A stretch of DNA of 64,000 bases from Aureliella sp. GTDB taxonomy: Bacteria > Planctomycetota > Planctomycetia > Pirellulales > Pirellulaceae. Under the pieces are notes generated by a model that saw only the letters and a list, made by a program, of their open reading frames with translations, was not told the DNA's origin and searched no databases. The position numbers and the translations under genes are program-made. The stretch is taken from NCBI GenBank assembly GCA_963691875.1, contig OY829846.1, positions 3,008,001 through 3,072,000 on the forward strand, written 5' to 3'. Numbering within the stretch: position 1 is the first letter of the stretch; each line of letters begins with the position of its first letter. Of this stretch, positions 13,169 to 23,410 are shown piece by piece.

Positions 13169-15049
13169 TCAGTATCGTCGCGAGGCGAACCGCACGATAT
13201 CGTCCTCATCGACTGTGAGCCCATCGAGCTCGTCGGCGAGAATGCGATCGATTTCACCATCTCGAGCGAGCACCGTGTCAGCTCCTTGACCACCCGCCAT
13301 AAAGTCCGTTCCTGCACCGCCTACGATGAGGTCATTTCCGTTCTGCCCGAAGACCGCATCATTGCCCGCGCCGCCCAGCATGGAGTCGTTGCCATCTCCA
13401 CCCAGCATGCGGTCATTCCCTAGGCCACCCGACATGCGGTCTCTGCCGTCATCGCCACCCATCATGTCATTGCCCAGTGCACCAAACATAATGTCATTGC
13501 CGACTCCGCCACGCATCACATCATTGCCTACGCCGCCGTGCATCCAGTCGTTCCCGTGTGAGCCATAGATGTCATCATCTCCTCGCATGCCGAGCAGAAT
13601 ATCGTTTCCGGTGCCACCGCTGATCGCGTCGTTGAACCTAGTTGGCGTAGCATCCGGGGGTATGCCATCAGGCTTTGAGGGCGCAGCATCACCGGACAAT
13701 CCACTCATTCCCTCGCTGCTACCTACAGATCCATCTGCGCCCACAAGACGGGCTGCAGTCGGATGCGAAGCAAGCATTGCGTTGACATCACTATCTCGGT
13801 CTCCGTCGCCGAGTCGCAAGTCGCCAAAGATAATGTCGTTGCCTGAATCCCCGCTGAGTCGGTCGTTGCCATGGCCACCGACAAGGATGTCGTTTCCGGA
13901 GCCGCCCGAAGCAGAGTCAGAGCTGTTTCCAGCAACTACGATATCATCGCCTGCGCCGGCTTCCATCGTGTCCTCGCCGCGACCAACACCTCCGAAATCG
14001 CGAGCGTACTGAACCGGATAAATATAGCCTTCGGGATAACTATTCGTCGCATCGCCAAAAACCCAATCGTCGCCCGGGCCACTGCGCAAGCGATCGTTTC
14101 CGCTTCCGCCAATGATGTAATCGACCGTTCCGCCTCCACGAATGTCATCATCGCCAAGACCACCAAAGATGACACTGGGGCCAAGTCCACCATCAATTCG
14201 GTCATCGCCCTCTTCGCCTTCGATGTAATCCGCGCCGCTGCCACCGCGTACCGAATCGTTGCCCGCACCAGCGATGACTCGGTCGTGTCCAGGGCCCGCA
14301 TGAATGCGGTCATTCCCTCTACCGCCTAGGATTAGATCGTTAAATCGGGGGCGAGATCGAGCCTCCGCTAGGCTCGGTGAGTCTTCGCTTTCTATTCCAT
14401 CTGGGCCCGCGCCACGGCCAGCCGCGTTGCCAACTGCGGTGAATCCATTAGCAATGAAGCTATTGTCGCTAGCATCATCCTCCCGCAGATCGTCACCAAG
14501 AATGTTGTCGTTGCCATCGCCTCCACTGAGTGCGTCGTTGCCTACACCACCCGCGATAGCATCATCACCTTTTCCACCGTTGATTCGATCGTTACCCGCG
14601 TCACCAGCAATCCGATCATTTCCGGCTTCTCCACGAATGCGGTCGTGCCCTGGTCCGCCAAGGATCGTGTCGTTCTGCTGACTGCCAACAATCGAGTCAT
14701 TCCCCTCTCCACCGGCGATTGTCGTTGTCTGGCCAACGGTAGAAGAAAACACAACCGAGTCATCGCCACCGCCAGCGCGGACATTGACATGTCGAACTCG
14801 GCTGTTGGTGAGTTCAAACACAGTTGAATCCACGCGGATGAACAGTGTGTCTGACTCCGCATCGGCTCGGGCTCGAATCACATTGTCGTTTCCGTCAGCA
14901 ACGATCGTTAGCTCGCCGCCAGTCAGCAGCGCGCTGGCATCGAGGACCGTACGAGACTCGAGAGTTTGAAAAATGGGGTTTCGGCGAAGGGATGCTTGCA
15001 GACGTTTGCGATTTTGGCGTTTGGAAGAAGATTGGAGAAAGCGGCGCAT
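13169..15049 (-). CDS. Calcium-binding RTX-type (GGxGxD repeat) extracellular protein with planctomycete N-terminal motif
   Basis: Many GGxGND nonapeptides; N-terminal FQTLESRTVL resembles the planctomycete LEPR-XLL motif. Confidence 0.85.
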   Translation of the reverse strand: MRRFLQSSSKRQNRKRLQASLRRNPIFQTLESRTVLDASALLTGGELTIVADGNDNVIRARADAESDTLFIRVDSTVFELTNSRVRHVNVRAGGGDDSVVFSSTVGQTTTIAGGEGNDSIVGSQQNDTILGGPGHDRIRGEAGNDRIAGDAGNDRINGGKGDDAIAGGVGNDALSGGDGNDNILGDDLREDDASDNSFIANGFTAVGNAAGRGAGPDGIESEDSPSLAEARSRPRFNDLILGGRGNDRIHAGPGHDRVIAGAGNDSVRGGSGADYIEGEEGDDRIDGGLGPSVIFGGLGDDDIRGGGTVDYIIGGSGNDRLRSGPGDDWVFGDATNSYPEGYIYPVQYARDFGGVGRGEDTMEAGAGDDIVVAGNSSDSASGGSGNDILVGGHGNDRLSGDSGNDIIFGDLRLGDGDRDSDVNAMLASHPTAARLVGADGSVGSSEGMSGLSGDAAPSKPDGIPPDATPTRFNDAISGGTGNDILLGMRGDDDIYGSHGNDWMHGGVGNDVMRGGVGNDIMFGALGNDMMGGDDGRDRMSGGLGNDRMLGGDGNDSMLGGAGNDAVFGQNGNDLIVGGAGTDFMAGGQGADTVLARDGEIDRILADELDGLTVDEDDIVRFASRRY

Positions 15050-15607
15050 GGGCGAAAACCTTCAGTTCAGAGGCGACTTATAAATCACCGGCCAACATGC
15101 CCAACAACCTCGATTCACGGGCACGGGCGGTGTGAAACGAGTGAGGTTGCAAGAGTTGGTGACACGAAACTGCTGCTTTATTACATCGCGCAGACCGAAT
15201 TTCTGAGAAAAACGTGCCGGTAGCGGAAGTCGTAAACAACCTGAACCGTTCGAAGTTGGTTCGCTAGGTTCAGGTGGATTCGACAGAACGTCGAGAAAAG
15301 CAATTCTGGTAATTCCACTACCTAAAGTCGGTCTCAGCAGCTAAGGCCACAAAGACGAAAACCACCTCTATTTGACTTCACTCCGTCGATCCAATCATGT
15401 CACAGTGACATCAATTCGATTCGAGAAGCAAATAGCCCACTGGACTCGACTCACCCTAAGCCAAGATTTAGATGGCACTTATGGCGATTTCCTAGCCGAT
15501 TCGCGTTTTTGGCATAGCGAATGCCACTATTCTTTTTCGCCAGCTTAGAAGGGGCCTGCTGGGGCAAATGCACTTTTCCATGACTCTAGCCTAGGGAGTT
15601 TGGCAAG

Positions 15608-16489
15608 ATGAGAATTCCAAGAGCAACCATAACCTACCTTTGGATCGCCAGTGCAATCCTTGCATCAGTAGGCATTTCCGAAACACGAGCGGGCAGTCCG
15701 CTCTGCGAAGCTGCGTCGCAGTACAACGAGGCGGTTCGACACTTCGAGATCGCAATCTTTGAACGCGGCTCCGATCACTACAGCAAGCGTCTCGTGCAGC
15801 GTCTAGAAGACGCCGCGATTGAAATGCGTTCCGCCTCGCATCAACCCAATCAACTCGATCGTTTGGTGCACGCTTGGGAAGATATCCAACTGTTGCACCC
15901 GCGAATGGAAGCCTACGCCTTCCGCGCTCGCAATAGTTGCCAAATTCGCCCCGACGCCAGGCTGCAGGAGTGCTGGGAACGTGTGAACTGCGCATATCGA
16001 GATCTTGGCAAAGAAATCGCGTGCTTGCTGGGCGAGCATCCACAGCAGACGCTGGTTCCGCGATGGTTGCCGAATGCTACCACGGGTATCCCTGGCGCCG
16101 CGATTCCTCAGCAATCGTTCAGGATCGCGCCTCAAGTTCCAACTGCTCCGCCGACATACACCGTACCCGCAGTGCCGACGGCACATGCGATTCCCCAATC
16201 GCTGAATCGCACGCTACCTCAAACCTTCGTTCCGACGACGCAACGCTATGTCCCAACCTCAGGAATTCAGCGACAGACAGTCACCGTGCCAGCATTGCCG
16301 AGTCAAGCCTACGTTCCGCGTACGACAACCAGTCGAGCCTTTCCTTTTGAACTTCGATTGGATGACGTTCGGCTCCGCCCGAGCTACCGAAGTATAGAGA
16401 GTCGTCGCCCAACCGTGGATCCTGCTCGAATGCGAACTCTGATGCTTCAAGCACTTCTACGCCGCGCGACCGAGTTTGAGGATGACTAG
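15608..16489 (+). CDS. Hypothetical secreted protein, Pro/Thr-rich C-terminus
   Basis: 293-aa ORF with signal-peptide-like N-terminus; GGAG RBS. Confidence 0.7.
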   Translation: MRIPRATITYLWIASAILASVGISETRAGSPLCEAASQYNEAVRHFEIAIFERGSDHYSKRLVQRLEDAAIEMRSASHQPNQLDRLVHAWEDIQLLHPRMEAYAFRARNSCQIRPDARLQECWERVNCAYRDLGKEIACLLGEHPQQTLVPRWLPNATTGIPGAAIPQQSFRIAPQVPTAPPTYTVPAVPTAHAIPQSLNRTLPQTFVPTTQRYVPTSGIQRQTVTVPALPSQAYVPRTTTSRAFPFELRLDDVRLRPSYRSIESRRPTVDPARMRTLMLQALLRRATEFEDD

Positions 16490-16496
16490 TGAGGTT

Positions 16497-17383
16497 TCAC
16501 TGAAACGAAGAGGCTGCATCCCTTGGGATGCAAAAATAAACGGCAGGGTGGTTCACTCTGCCGTCTGGCATTTCCTGGAGACTGAGAGAAACTCCGTTAA
16601 CGCACATCCACAAGGATTGCGTACTAATATTGACATTCCCTTGTGCAACTTGCTTGGCCAGGATTTCCATTACCGGTCTTATGACACTGAAGTGATCGTG
16701 GCCCGCAATCCTAAAGAACTGAATATTAGCGTTCGTGTTCTCAGCATTCATGGTTGAGGTCGCCCCATCCCAGTTTACTTCTGCCCCTTCGCTCACAAAC
16801 ACTGGAGTCTCTACTAGGTGCGTCGCTTTGATCTTCTAGCTTGTCGCCATCTCGGCTTTGTTGTTTCGATCGCCGTAGGGCAGCGCGGCCAAGTGCTCTG
16901 TCGCAGCCAAGATGGCGTCGACTTCACTAAAGAATCCTTCAAGCTGGCCTGGATTGTCGATTCCGCCGCGCTGAGGGGGAAACATCATGACAAACCCTGC
17001 TTTGCGAAAGGCACTGGCCGGTTGATGAGTGTCACGAGACCTTGGAGAGCAGACGTCATCAATCGAGTTATGAACGCAGCCAGTAATCCGCACGATCACG
17101 GATGCTTCTCGCCGTCCTCTGGTTCTTTGGCCACATAGGCGTGGACCACTAGGACCTCAGACTGATACGAAAGTAACTGAAAATCATTTTCTTCAGGCGA
17201 TGTTGTCGCAGCTGGATATGAGTCGCCGGAGGTGATCACCGTTGTTGGGAACTGCTTCTCGCTCCAACCGGCGAATCCTGGTCGACTCCACCTACTGGAC
17301 CAGGTCCCGATTGGGTTCCGGATCAACCTGCAGTCAAAAGGCGTAACAAGTGAAACTGGGTACGCGTTAGAGTTCCAGTTCAA
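16497..17383 (-). pseudogene. Fragmented alpha/beta hydrolase (S9 peptidase-like)
   Basis: Three consecutive short minus-strand ORFs carrying hydrolase-like pieces (LLSYQS..AYVAKEPEDGEKHP; FRKAGFVMMFP..RGG.DNPG..EGF..EVDAILAA; GHDHFSVIRP) broken by stops, frameshifts and a deletion. Confidence 0.6.
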
Positions 17384-17466
17384 AACACGGGAATTAACCC
17401 ATTAATCGCCAAGAGCATGGCGAAACCGATGCACTGTTTCGATAAATGGCATTCGTAGAGAACGCG

Positions 17467-19155
17467 TTACTCGCGTTCCGCGATGGCCTTCTTCCTTGCC
17501 GCCTCAAATTCGTCGCCAGGAACCCACTCTGGCATTTTGTCTTGATTGGCGACAATCGTGCCTGTATGAAACAACAGCTGAGCGTCTTCGATCGCTCCTT
17601 CCAAGTTCCAGTCGTCGCTGTATTCATCGCTTGGCTGGTGGTAGATTTTTTTCGTCCACTCGTCGAACTGCTGCTTACCCCAGCCGTCAGGCCGCCCAAT
17701 GAAGTTGACGCCACTGTCGAGATAAACGCCTGGAACGCCGACTTGCGCAAGGCTAAATTGATCAGAGCGGTAGTAGTACCCGCGATCGGGATACAGATCA
17801 GGAGTGACGGTCCGTTTTTGCCACTTGGCGACTTGCGTCACAAGCGGGTCAAGGTTCGACTTGCCATTGCCGACAATGCTCAGATCGTAAGTTTTTCCGA
17901 GAAAGTTGATGCCGTCGATGTTCAGGACTGCCGCCATGTAGCCAGCGGGAAACGGCGGGTTTTCAGCTAGGTACTTTGACCCCAGCAGCCCCTGCTCTTC
18001 CGCTCCTACAAAAGCGAATAGAATCGAACGCTTTGGCCGTTCCTTCATCGAAGCAAATGCTTTCGCAATGGTGAGTAGGGATGCGGTTCCAGATGCGTTA
18101 TCAATGGCTCCATTGTAGATATTGTCTCCGTTTTCATCGCGCTGGGCGGCCATGCCGATATGATCATGGTGCGCCGTGAACACCACGTACTCTTTGGCGA
18201 GCGCTGGGTCGGAGCCACGCAGCACTCCTAACACGTTTCCAGTTACTTGTTCGCGTGCGATGGACTTAAGTGTAATGGTTGTGTTAACTCCCAAGGGCAC
18301 AGGCTGAAAGTTACGTGATTCCGCAGCCTCGCGCAACTTGTCTAAATCCTGCCCGGCTAACTTCATCACTCGTCGTGCTGCGTCCTCAGTAAGCCAGCCA
18401 TTAAAGTCGGTGTTCGGCCCCCTGTTATCAGCTAGGCGAAATTCTTCGCCAGCCCAGGAGGTTTGCACCACTTGGTACGGATAACCTGCTGAGGGCTCCG
18501 TGTGAATTATGAGCGCACCAGCGGCTCCCATCCGAGCGGCTTGAGCGTACTTGTAATCCCAACGCCCATAGTAGAGTCGCTTGCGCCCGCTAAAGAGATT
18601 GGGATCGTCCTCAGGATCATTGTTCATAATGACCAAGATCTTACCAGTGACATCGACGTCTTTGAAATCATCCCAGTCGTACTCAGGCGCCTGCATTCCA
18701 TAGCCGACGAAAACGAGATCTCCGGTAACAGAGATTATTTCATTAACGGCCTTACCACTGGTAAGCATCATGTCATCGTGGTGATTCAAGTGCACAGAAA
18801 GATCACCTTTGTGGAAGCTGACACTGGTCGGTGGTGAAGTTGAAACCCCTACCAGTGGTACGGACTGTGCCCAGCTCGCTTTTCCATCATCGGTATTCCC
18901 ACCTGGCTCGATACCCATAGCTTCTAGCTGCGTTCGAATGTAAAGCTGTGCAATGGCATCGCCGCGCGAAGCCGGGCCACGGCCTTCAAGTAGGTCGTCG
19001 GCAAGAAAGCGAATATGGCTGCGCATCACATGATCTTCTATCTGGCGGGCAGCTAGTGCTGCTGGCGCCGATGGCGACCACTCCTGTGCACCGGAATGGT
19101 TCGCGAGAATCAATAGTGAGAGGAGGAATCCAGTAGAGAATATTCGGTTGAGCAT
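17467..19155 (-). CDS. M28 family peptidase with PA domain
   Basis: TAHHDHIG, NGAIDNASG, AEEQGLLGS, RSDQ, YHQPSD; signal peptide. Confidence 0.92.
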   Translation of the reverse strand: MLNRIFSTGFLLSLLILANHSGAQEWSPSAPAALAARQIEDHVMRSHIRFLADDLLEGRGPASRGDAIAQLYIRTQLEAMGIEPGGNTDDGKASWAQSVPLVGVSTSPPTSVSFHKGDLSVHLNHHDDMMLTSGKAVNEIISVTGDLVFVGYGMQAPEYDWDDFKDVDVTGKILVIMNNDPEDDPNLFSGRKRLYYGRWDYKYAQAARMGAAGALIIHTEPSAGYPYQVVQTSWAGEEFRLADNRGPNTDFNGWLTEDAARRVMKLAGQDLDKLREAAESRNFQPVPLGVNTTITLKSIAREQVTGNVLGVLRGSDPALAKEYVVFTAHHDHIGMAAQRDENGDNIYNGAIDNASGTASLLTIAKAFASMKERPKRSILFAFVGAEEQGLLGSKYLAENPPFPAGYMAAVLNIDGINFLGKTYDLSIVGNGKSNLDPLVTQVAKWQKRTVTPDLYPDRGYYYRSDQFSLAQVGVPGVYLDSGVNFIGRPDGWGKQQFDEWTKKIYHQPSDEYSDDWNLEGAIEDAQLLFHTGTIVANQDKMPEWVPGDEFEAARKKAIAERE

Positions 19156-19333
19156 GCGGGAGAGCTGTTGAGGGTTGAGAGAGAGTGACAGAATTCAGCC
19201 AATGGGGCCGAGCCCTTGGCGACGGCATAGTCTACCATGGGTCGCCCAATAGATTCCAAAGCTGCGATGAGGTACCGATGATGAGCAGGCTGAATCTACG
19301 GATGGAGAAAAAGGAGCAGCACAGAGGCGGCAC

Positions 19334-20137
19334 CTATTTTTCGGGCACAAAGCTTTTCTGCAGCCAGTCTTGCGCTGAGAACGAAAGCTTATCTTGGTGC
19401 TTGTCGAGCTGCTTGTTGATCTTGTCGACGAGCTTTCCATTCAAGTCTTTTACTTTTTCGTCCACCACGCTCTTCAGACCAGCACCAAGCTCTTTTGCGA
19501 AGTCGCCGCCAAGCTGGCTGATCCGACGCATGCGATAGTAAGTCAGCTGGACATTGGCTTTTTCGATCTTGGGAACCAAAGATACATCCGGGGGTAGCTT
19601 GAGCGGGTTGAGCTGGATGGCAACATGCCCCTCCAAAGTCAAACGGCAGGCCGCATCAGCATTCGCACTCAGGCTAATCAGCTGGACATCTCGGGCCCAC
19701 TGGCTGAGACGCCCAAAGACGTCCAGCGAGGCATCTACGGTGACAGCGAAGGCAATCTTACCGTCGGAAAGTGTTTCAAGTCGGGTGAACTTGATCTTCA
19801 GATTCTTCTCAGGCTCGACGAAGGCGATCCGATAACGCGTCCACGTGCCCGAGTTGACCATTTTCTTCCGGCGTTTGGTCTCAATTTTGAAACCTTCGCG
19901 GCGAAGACGAATGCCATCCCAGACTTCCTTCTGCTTGCCCCACTTGCGGTCGTCTTCATAGGTTGGGGGAAGGTTGTCGCGAATAAGACGTTCAAGCCAT
20001 CCCAAGAGCGTTGGCGAAGCTAAGTCTTGTTCTACCTTGGTTGACGTTGGTTCCGCCTGGGAGGATTGGCCCAGAGTTGGCTGCAGCCCTAAAAAAGTCA
20101 ACAACAGAGAAGCGAGAAGACCGCGTTGAAGGAACAC
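19334..20137 (-). CDS. Hypothetical secreted protein
   Basis: 267-aa ORF with signal-peptide-like N-terminus. Confidence 0.75.
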   Translation of the reverse strand: MFLQRGLLASLLLTFLGLQPTLGQSSQAEPTSTKVEQDLASPTLLGWLERLIRDNLPPTYEDDRKWGKQKEVWDGIRLRREGFKIETKRRKKMVNSGTWTRYRIAFVEPEKNLKIKFTRLETLSDGKIAFAVTVDASLDVFGRLSQWARDVQLISLSANADAACRLTLEGHVAIQLNPLKLPPDVSLVPKIEKANVQLTYYRMRRISQLGGDFAKELGAGLKSVVDEKVKDLNGKLVDKINKQLDKHQDKLSFSAQDWLQKSFVPEK

Positions 20138-20334
20138 TTCTCGCCTCTCAATTTTGAGTATCGGTTATGCCGTTCCACAACCCAAAGCCTTAGCGAGGAC
20201 TTTGTCACTTAATTGTGAGCGACAAGTCGCTTGTTGCCGAGCTATTCAAACGGGCCTGGAATGTCAGCTCAGAATCCCAACGGCCCAGCTACGCAAGTCC
20301 ATCATATTGAACATTCTGCCGATCGACGGCTTCA

Positions 20335-21831
20335 CTACTGCGTGATCTTCACTTGGCTGCCAACTGTCAGAATGCTGAATACATGTTGCGCATCGCGTGG
20401 TGCGAGGCTGATGCAGCCCGCATCCTTTAGATCAGGGCTTGGCATCTGAGGCGATCCATGGATGCAAAGATCATTGCCCAAGTTGATCCAGTATCCGCCG
20501 TATGGATTGCGTGGGTCAGCTTCTTCCACCACAACCGCCCCCGCGCCGTAGTAAGTTCGTTCAGTGCTACGATCCACCACCTGAAAGGTACCAGCTCTGG
20601 GAGCAGGATCGGTTCCTACCGAAAACGGGAATCGACCAGCGTACATCCTGTCGATGAAGAGCGTCAGTTCTTTTGCTCTCAAGTTGATCCGAGCATGAAA
20701 GGGCCCACGTAGAACCTTTAGCTCTTTGCCTGGTACCAAAGCTTTTGCATCACCAAGTCCATTCAAAGCTGCCAGCAACTCAGGGTTCATTCCGTATTGG
20801 GCCGCAACGCTCGCTACATTATCCGTTGCACTTGCAATGTGAGGCGAAGCAAGAAGGTGGCGTTTAGAGTACACAACTTCGCGAGCCAAGGCGTCAAGAA
20901 TATCGATCAAGTCGATGCTCTCATGGTAGCTGACTGTTGCACTTCCATAGTACGGCGTCAGCAGCAAGAGCGATTCTTTCAGCTCGCCTCGATTGGCAAG
21001 TGCAAGTGCCTGTTCTTTAGCAATGGAGTATTTCGTGGTCGGCTCAGGAGATTCAGTTGCCTCAGGGTTGGGCTCGTCGACCTGCGGTGCACTCTTGCGA
21101 GATGAGACCAAGTTGCCAGATGAACTCGACATATCTCGCATGCGCTGTCGCATGACTTCCAGCTCCGCATCCGATGGTGTTTCGTTTTGCCCAATCTTCG
21201 AGACAGCTGGAATACTCTCCTTCGTTGAGTCCTTAACCATTTGATCGAACTCATTCTGCAAGTCGGAACTCCCTTCGGCACCTAATGCCGGTAGCTTCGG
21301 CATCGTAGACCCAGCCATCGTGCTTTGTGCTGTGGGTGCGTTCTCTTGTTCGATGTCATTGATGTTTCCGACAACTGGTAGCTGTGGAGACGAATCCACT
21401 CCTGTGGTGGATGGAAGCTCAGGCAGGTCGGGAACAGTCGCTTGTTCATTCGTGCTGGGCAGCTGCACTGCAGCTTCATTGCCAACCAGCGGATTTTCAC
21501 TGTCACTTAGACGTAATGAAGGAATACTTGGGAACTCGGAACCACCCTCCGATCTCATTGGATTGTTCGATTCCGTTGGAACCGCTGTCGTACCAGACTC
21601 CAAAGACTGCATGAACTCTTCAGGGCTCATGCTGACAGCGCCCTGCATTGATGTGAGCTCGCCAGCATCAAGATTGAGATCGAGCTCCTCCAAGGCGTCG
21701 GCGCCGTCTTCGGCCAACCATTCCTTGATGCTGTCTGGAACCTCTGGGTCTGGCGCATTCAGCGCTGTATAGGCGCCATAACAAACCGCAAGCAAAAGAG
21801 CGACTACAACACCTGTCTTGATGGTTTGCAC
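20335..21831 (-). CDS. LysM-containing L,D-transpeptidase family protein
   Basis: N-terminal anchor, LysM-like VAAQYGMNPELLAALNG, catalytic IHGS..GCISL. Confidence 0.85.
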   Translation of the reverse strand: MQTIKTGVVVALLLAVCYGAYTALNAPDPEVPDSIKEWLAEDGADALEELDLNLDAGELTSMQGAVSMSPEEFMQSLESGTTAVPTESNNPMRSEGGSEFPSIPSLRLSDSENPLVGNEAAVQLPSTNEQATVPDLPELPSTTGVDSSPQLPVVGNINDIEQENAPTAQSTMAGSTMPKLPALGAEGSSDLQNEFDQMVKDSTKESIPAVSKIGQNETPSDAELEVMRQRMRDMSSSSGNLVSSRKSAPQVDEPNPEATESPEPTTKYSIAKEQALALANRGELKESLLLLTPYYGSATVSYHESIDLIDILDALAREVVYSKRHLLASPHIASATDNVASVAAQYGMNPELLAALNGLGDAKALVPGKELKVLRGPFHARINLRAKELTLFIDRMYAGRFPFSVGTDPAPRAGTFQVVDRSTERTYYGAGAVVVEEADPRNPYGGYWINLGNDLCIHGSPQMPSPDLKDAGCISLAPRDAQHVFSILTVGSQVKITQ

Positions 21832-22028
21832 GAGTGTTCCTCCCTGAACGGTGCAAAACGATGCGAATCGGCTAACCCAATCGCAATCGATCTGTATATC
21901 AAACGGCGCAGGATGAGACCTCCTGCGCTGTGGGGATACTAGTTTTCCGCAGAGTGCATAGCTAGGGCAGTTCTTGACAGAATGCTAGCAGCATCTCAAG
22001 AGAGGCTGGCTGCTTGCTGCAAACGAGC

Positions 22029-22493
22029 CTACTGAACGTTCGCAGCTGGAACTCCATTACCCAACTGAGCCAGCACTTGAAGTACACCGTTGAGATGCGC
22101 CAGCCGAGGACCGAAGCGATCGACAAACTCGTTAAGCATGTACTCGCCTTCGAGCAAATGGTCGGCTTGGTCTTCGACTTCTTCCGTCAACGACTCCAGG
22201 AATTCAGTCTGTACGCGAGAGAGAGTTTCCGCAGCGCGACGGCAAGATTTCGCCAAATGTGGGTTGGCCTCCTTCCATTGTTCCAATTCGGCGGCACGCT
22301 GCTTCTGAGTATCCACAGAAGCTTGAACGAGTTGCTCAAGCAATTGGTTTTGCTTGTGTTGACCTGCGGCGATCTGGTGCAGCAATGCTAGCGTCGCTTC
22401 CGTCGGATTCTGTGGGTTTGATGCTGTTGCGCTCGGCTCAGCCGAAACATCGATGCGAAACATTGGTGAAAACTGGGACGGTTCGTTACCCAC
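22029..22493 (-). CDS. Hypothetical helical/coiled-coil protein
   Basis: 154-aa ORF with protein-like composition. Confidence 0.7.
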   Translation of the reverse strand: MGNEPSQFSPMFRIDVSAEPSATASNPQNPTEATLALLHQIAAGQHKQNQLLEQLVQASVDTQKQRAAELEQWKEANPHLAKSCRRAAETLSRVQTEFLESLTEEVEDQADHLLEGEYMLNEFVDRFGPRLAHLNGVLQVLAQLGNGVPAANVQ

Positions 22494-22870
22494 AATAAAC
22501 TCCTACAAGTGCTAATGATGCCAACAGTATACTCAGCGGTGAAATCAAGTCGAGTTAGCGGAGTTGGAATGCCTGGGGGGTTGGGCAATATGGCGTTTTC
22601 AATTTCACTAAATCGCAGGGAGCCTAAAGTCGTCATAACTGGCTTTCCGAACTATCGATGAGAGTCGTGATATGTGCCGATGAGGTTTGAGCCTGAAAAA
22701 CAAAGGGTAAAACTAACCCTTTTGCTGTCCCTCCGCACCAAGACCGAACGAAGTTGCTGCCTGTTTCATTGATGCAATCCCTGCATTTTTCTTGCAGGCG
22801 TATTTTACAGACAACTGGTTGGAATAACCGCCAATCAGTGTTGTTCGAGAGTTGATCTGAGAAGCGTGGA

Positions 22871-23407
22871 ATGGATTTGAAGCTTGGATTTCTTTCTGTG
22901 CGCCAGCACACAGAGCACGGTTTTTTTGGAGGTTACCTCCTTCTGAATCACTTGGCACGACCGCTTGAGTTCCACTGCACTCTGCCAGTCAAACCAACCC
23001 GCGCACAAGCTCTGCTCTACGGCCACACCTTGAATGACTTTGTCTGCGGCGAGCAAGTTGCCAGAGCCCTAGTTCAAAAGGCTAAGGTAAAACCATCTGT
23101 AATCTTTACGGACTCTCATCCAGTGCTTGCTTTACAGCAGATCTCATCGGAGACAGTCTGTTATCTCAAGACCGATCGCGGCGTTGGTGGTCAAGAGGCA
23201 AGCGCGCTGATTCAACCCACATCGAAGCTGCCATTAGCTTCACTGCAGGCAGATCCACGATTGCAAGTGCTTGAAGATGAATCACAGCGGAAGGACGAAG
23301 CCAAAAAAATCCTGTCGCAGCTTCGTGCTGACTTCGATATGGAAGAACCTTTTCAACGAATTGTCGAAGCATTATTAGAAGCTCACCCCATCGCGCGAGC
23401 GGCGTAG
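22871..23407 (+). CDS. Hypothetical protein, probably co-transcribed with the SNF2 helicase
   Basis: 178-aa ORF ending 3 nt before the helicase start. Confidence 0.75.
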   Translation: MDLKLGFLSVRQHTEHGFFGGYLLLNHLARPLEFHCTLPVKPTRAQALLYGHTLNDFVCGEQVARALVQKAKVKPSVIFTDSHPVLALQQISSETVCYLKTDRGVGGQEASALIQPTSKLPLASLQADPRLQVLEDESQRKDEAKKILSQLRADFDMEEPFQRIVEALLEAHPIARAA

Positions 23408-23410
23408 CGA

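Noticed and set aside
13169..15049. RTX toxin locus
   Set aside because: Only calcium-binding repeats; no toxin domain, acyltransferase or type I secretion genes nearby
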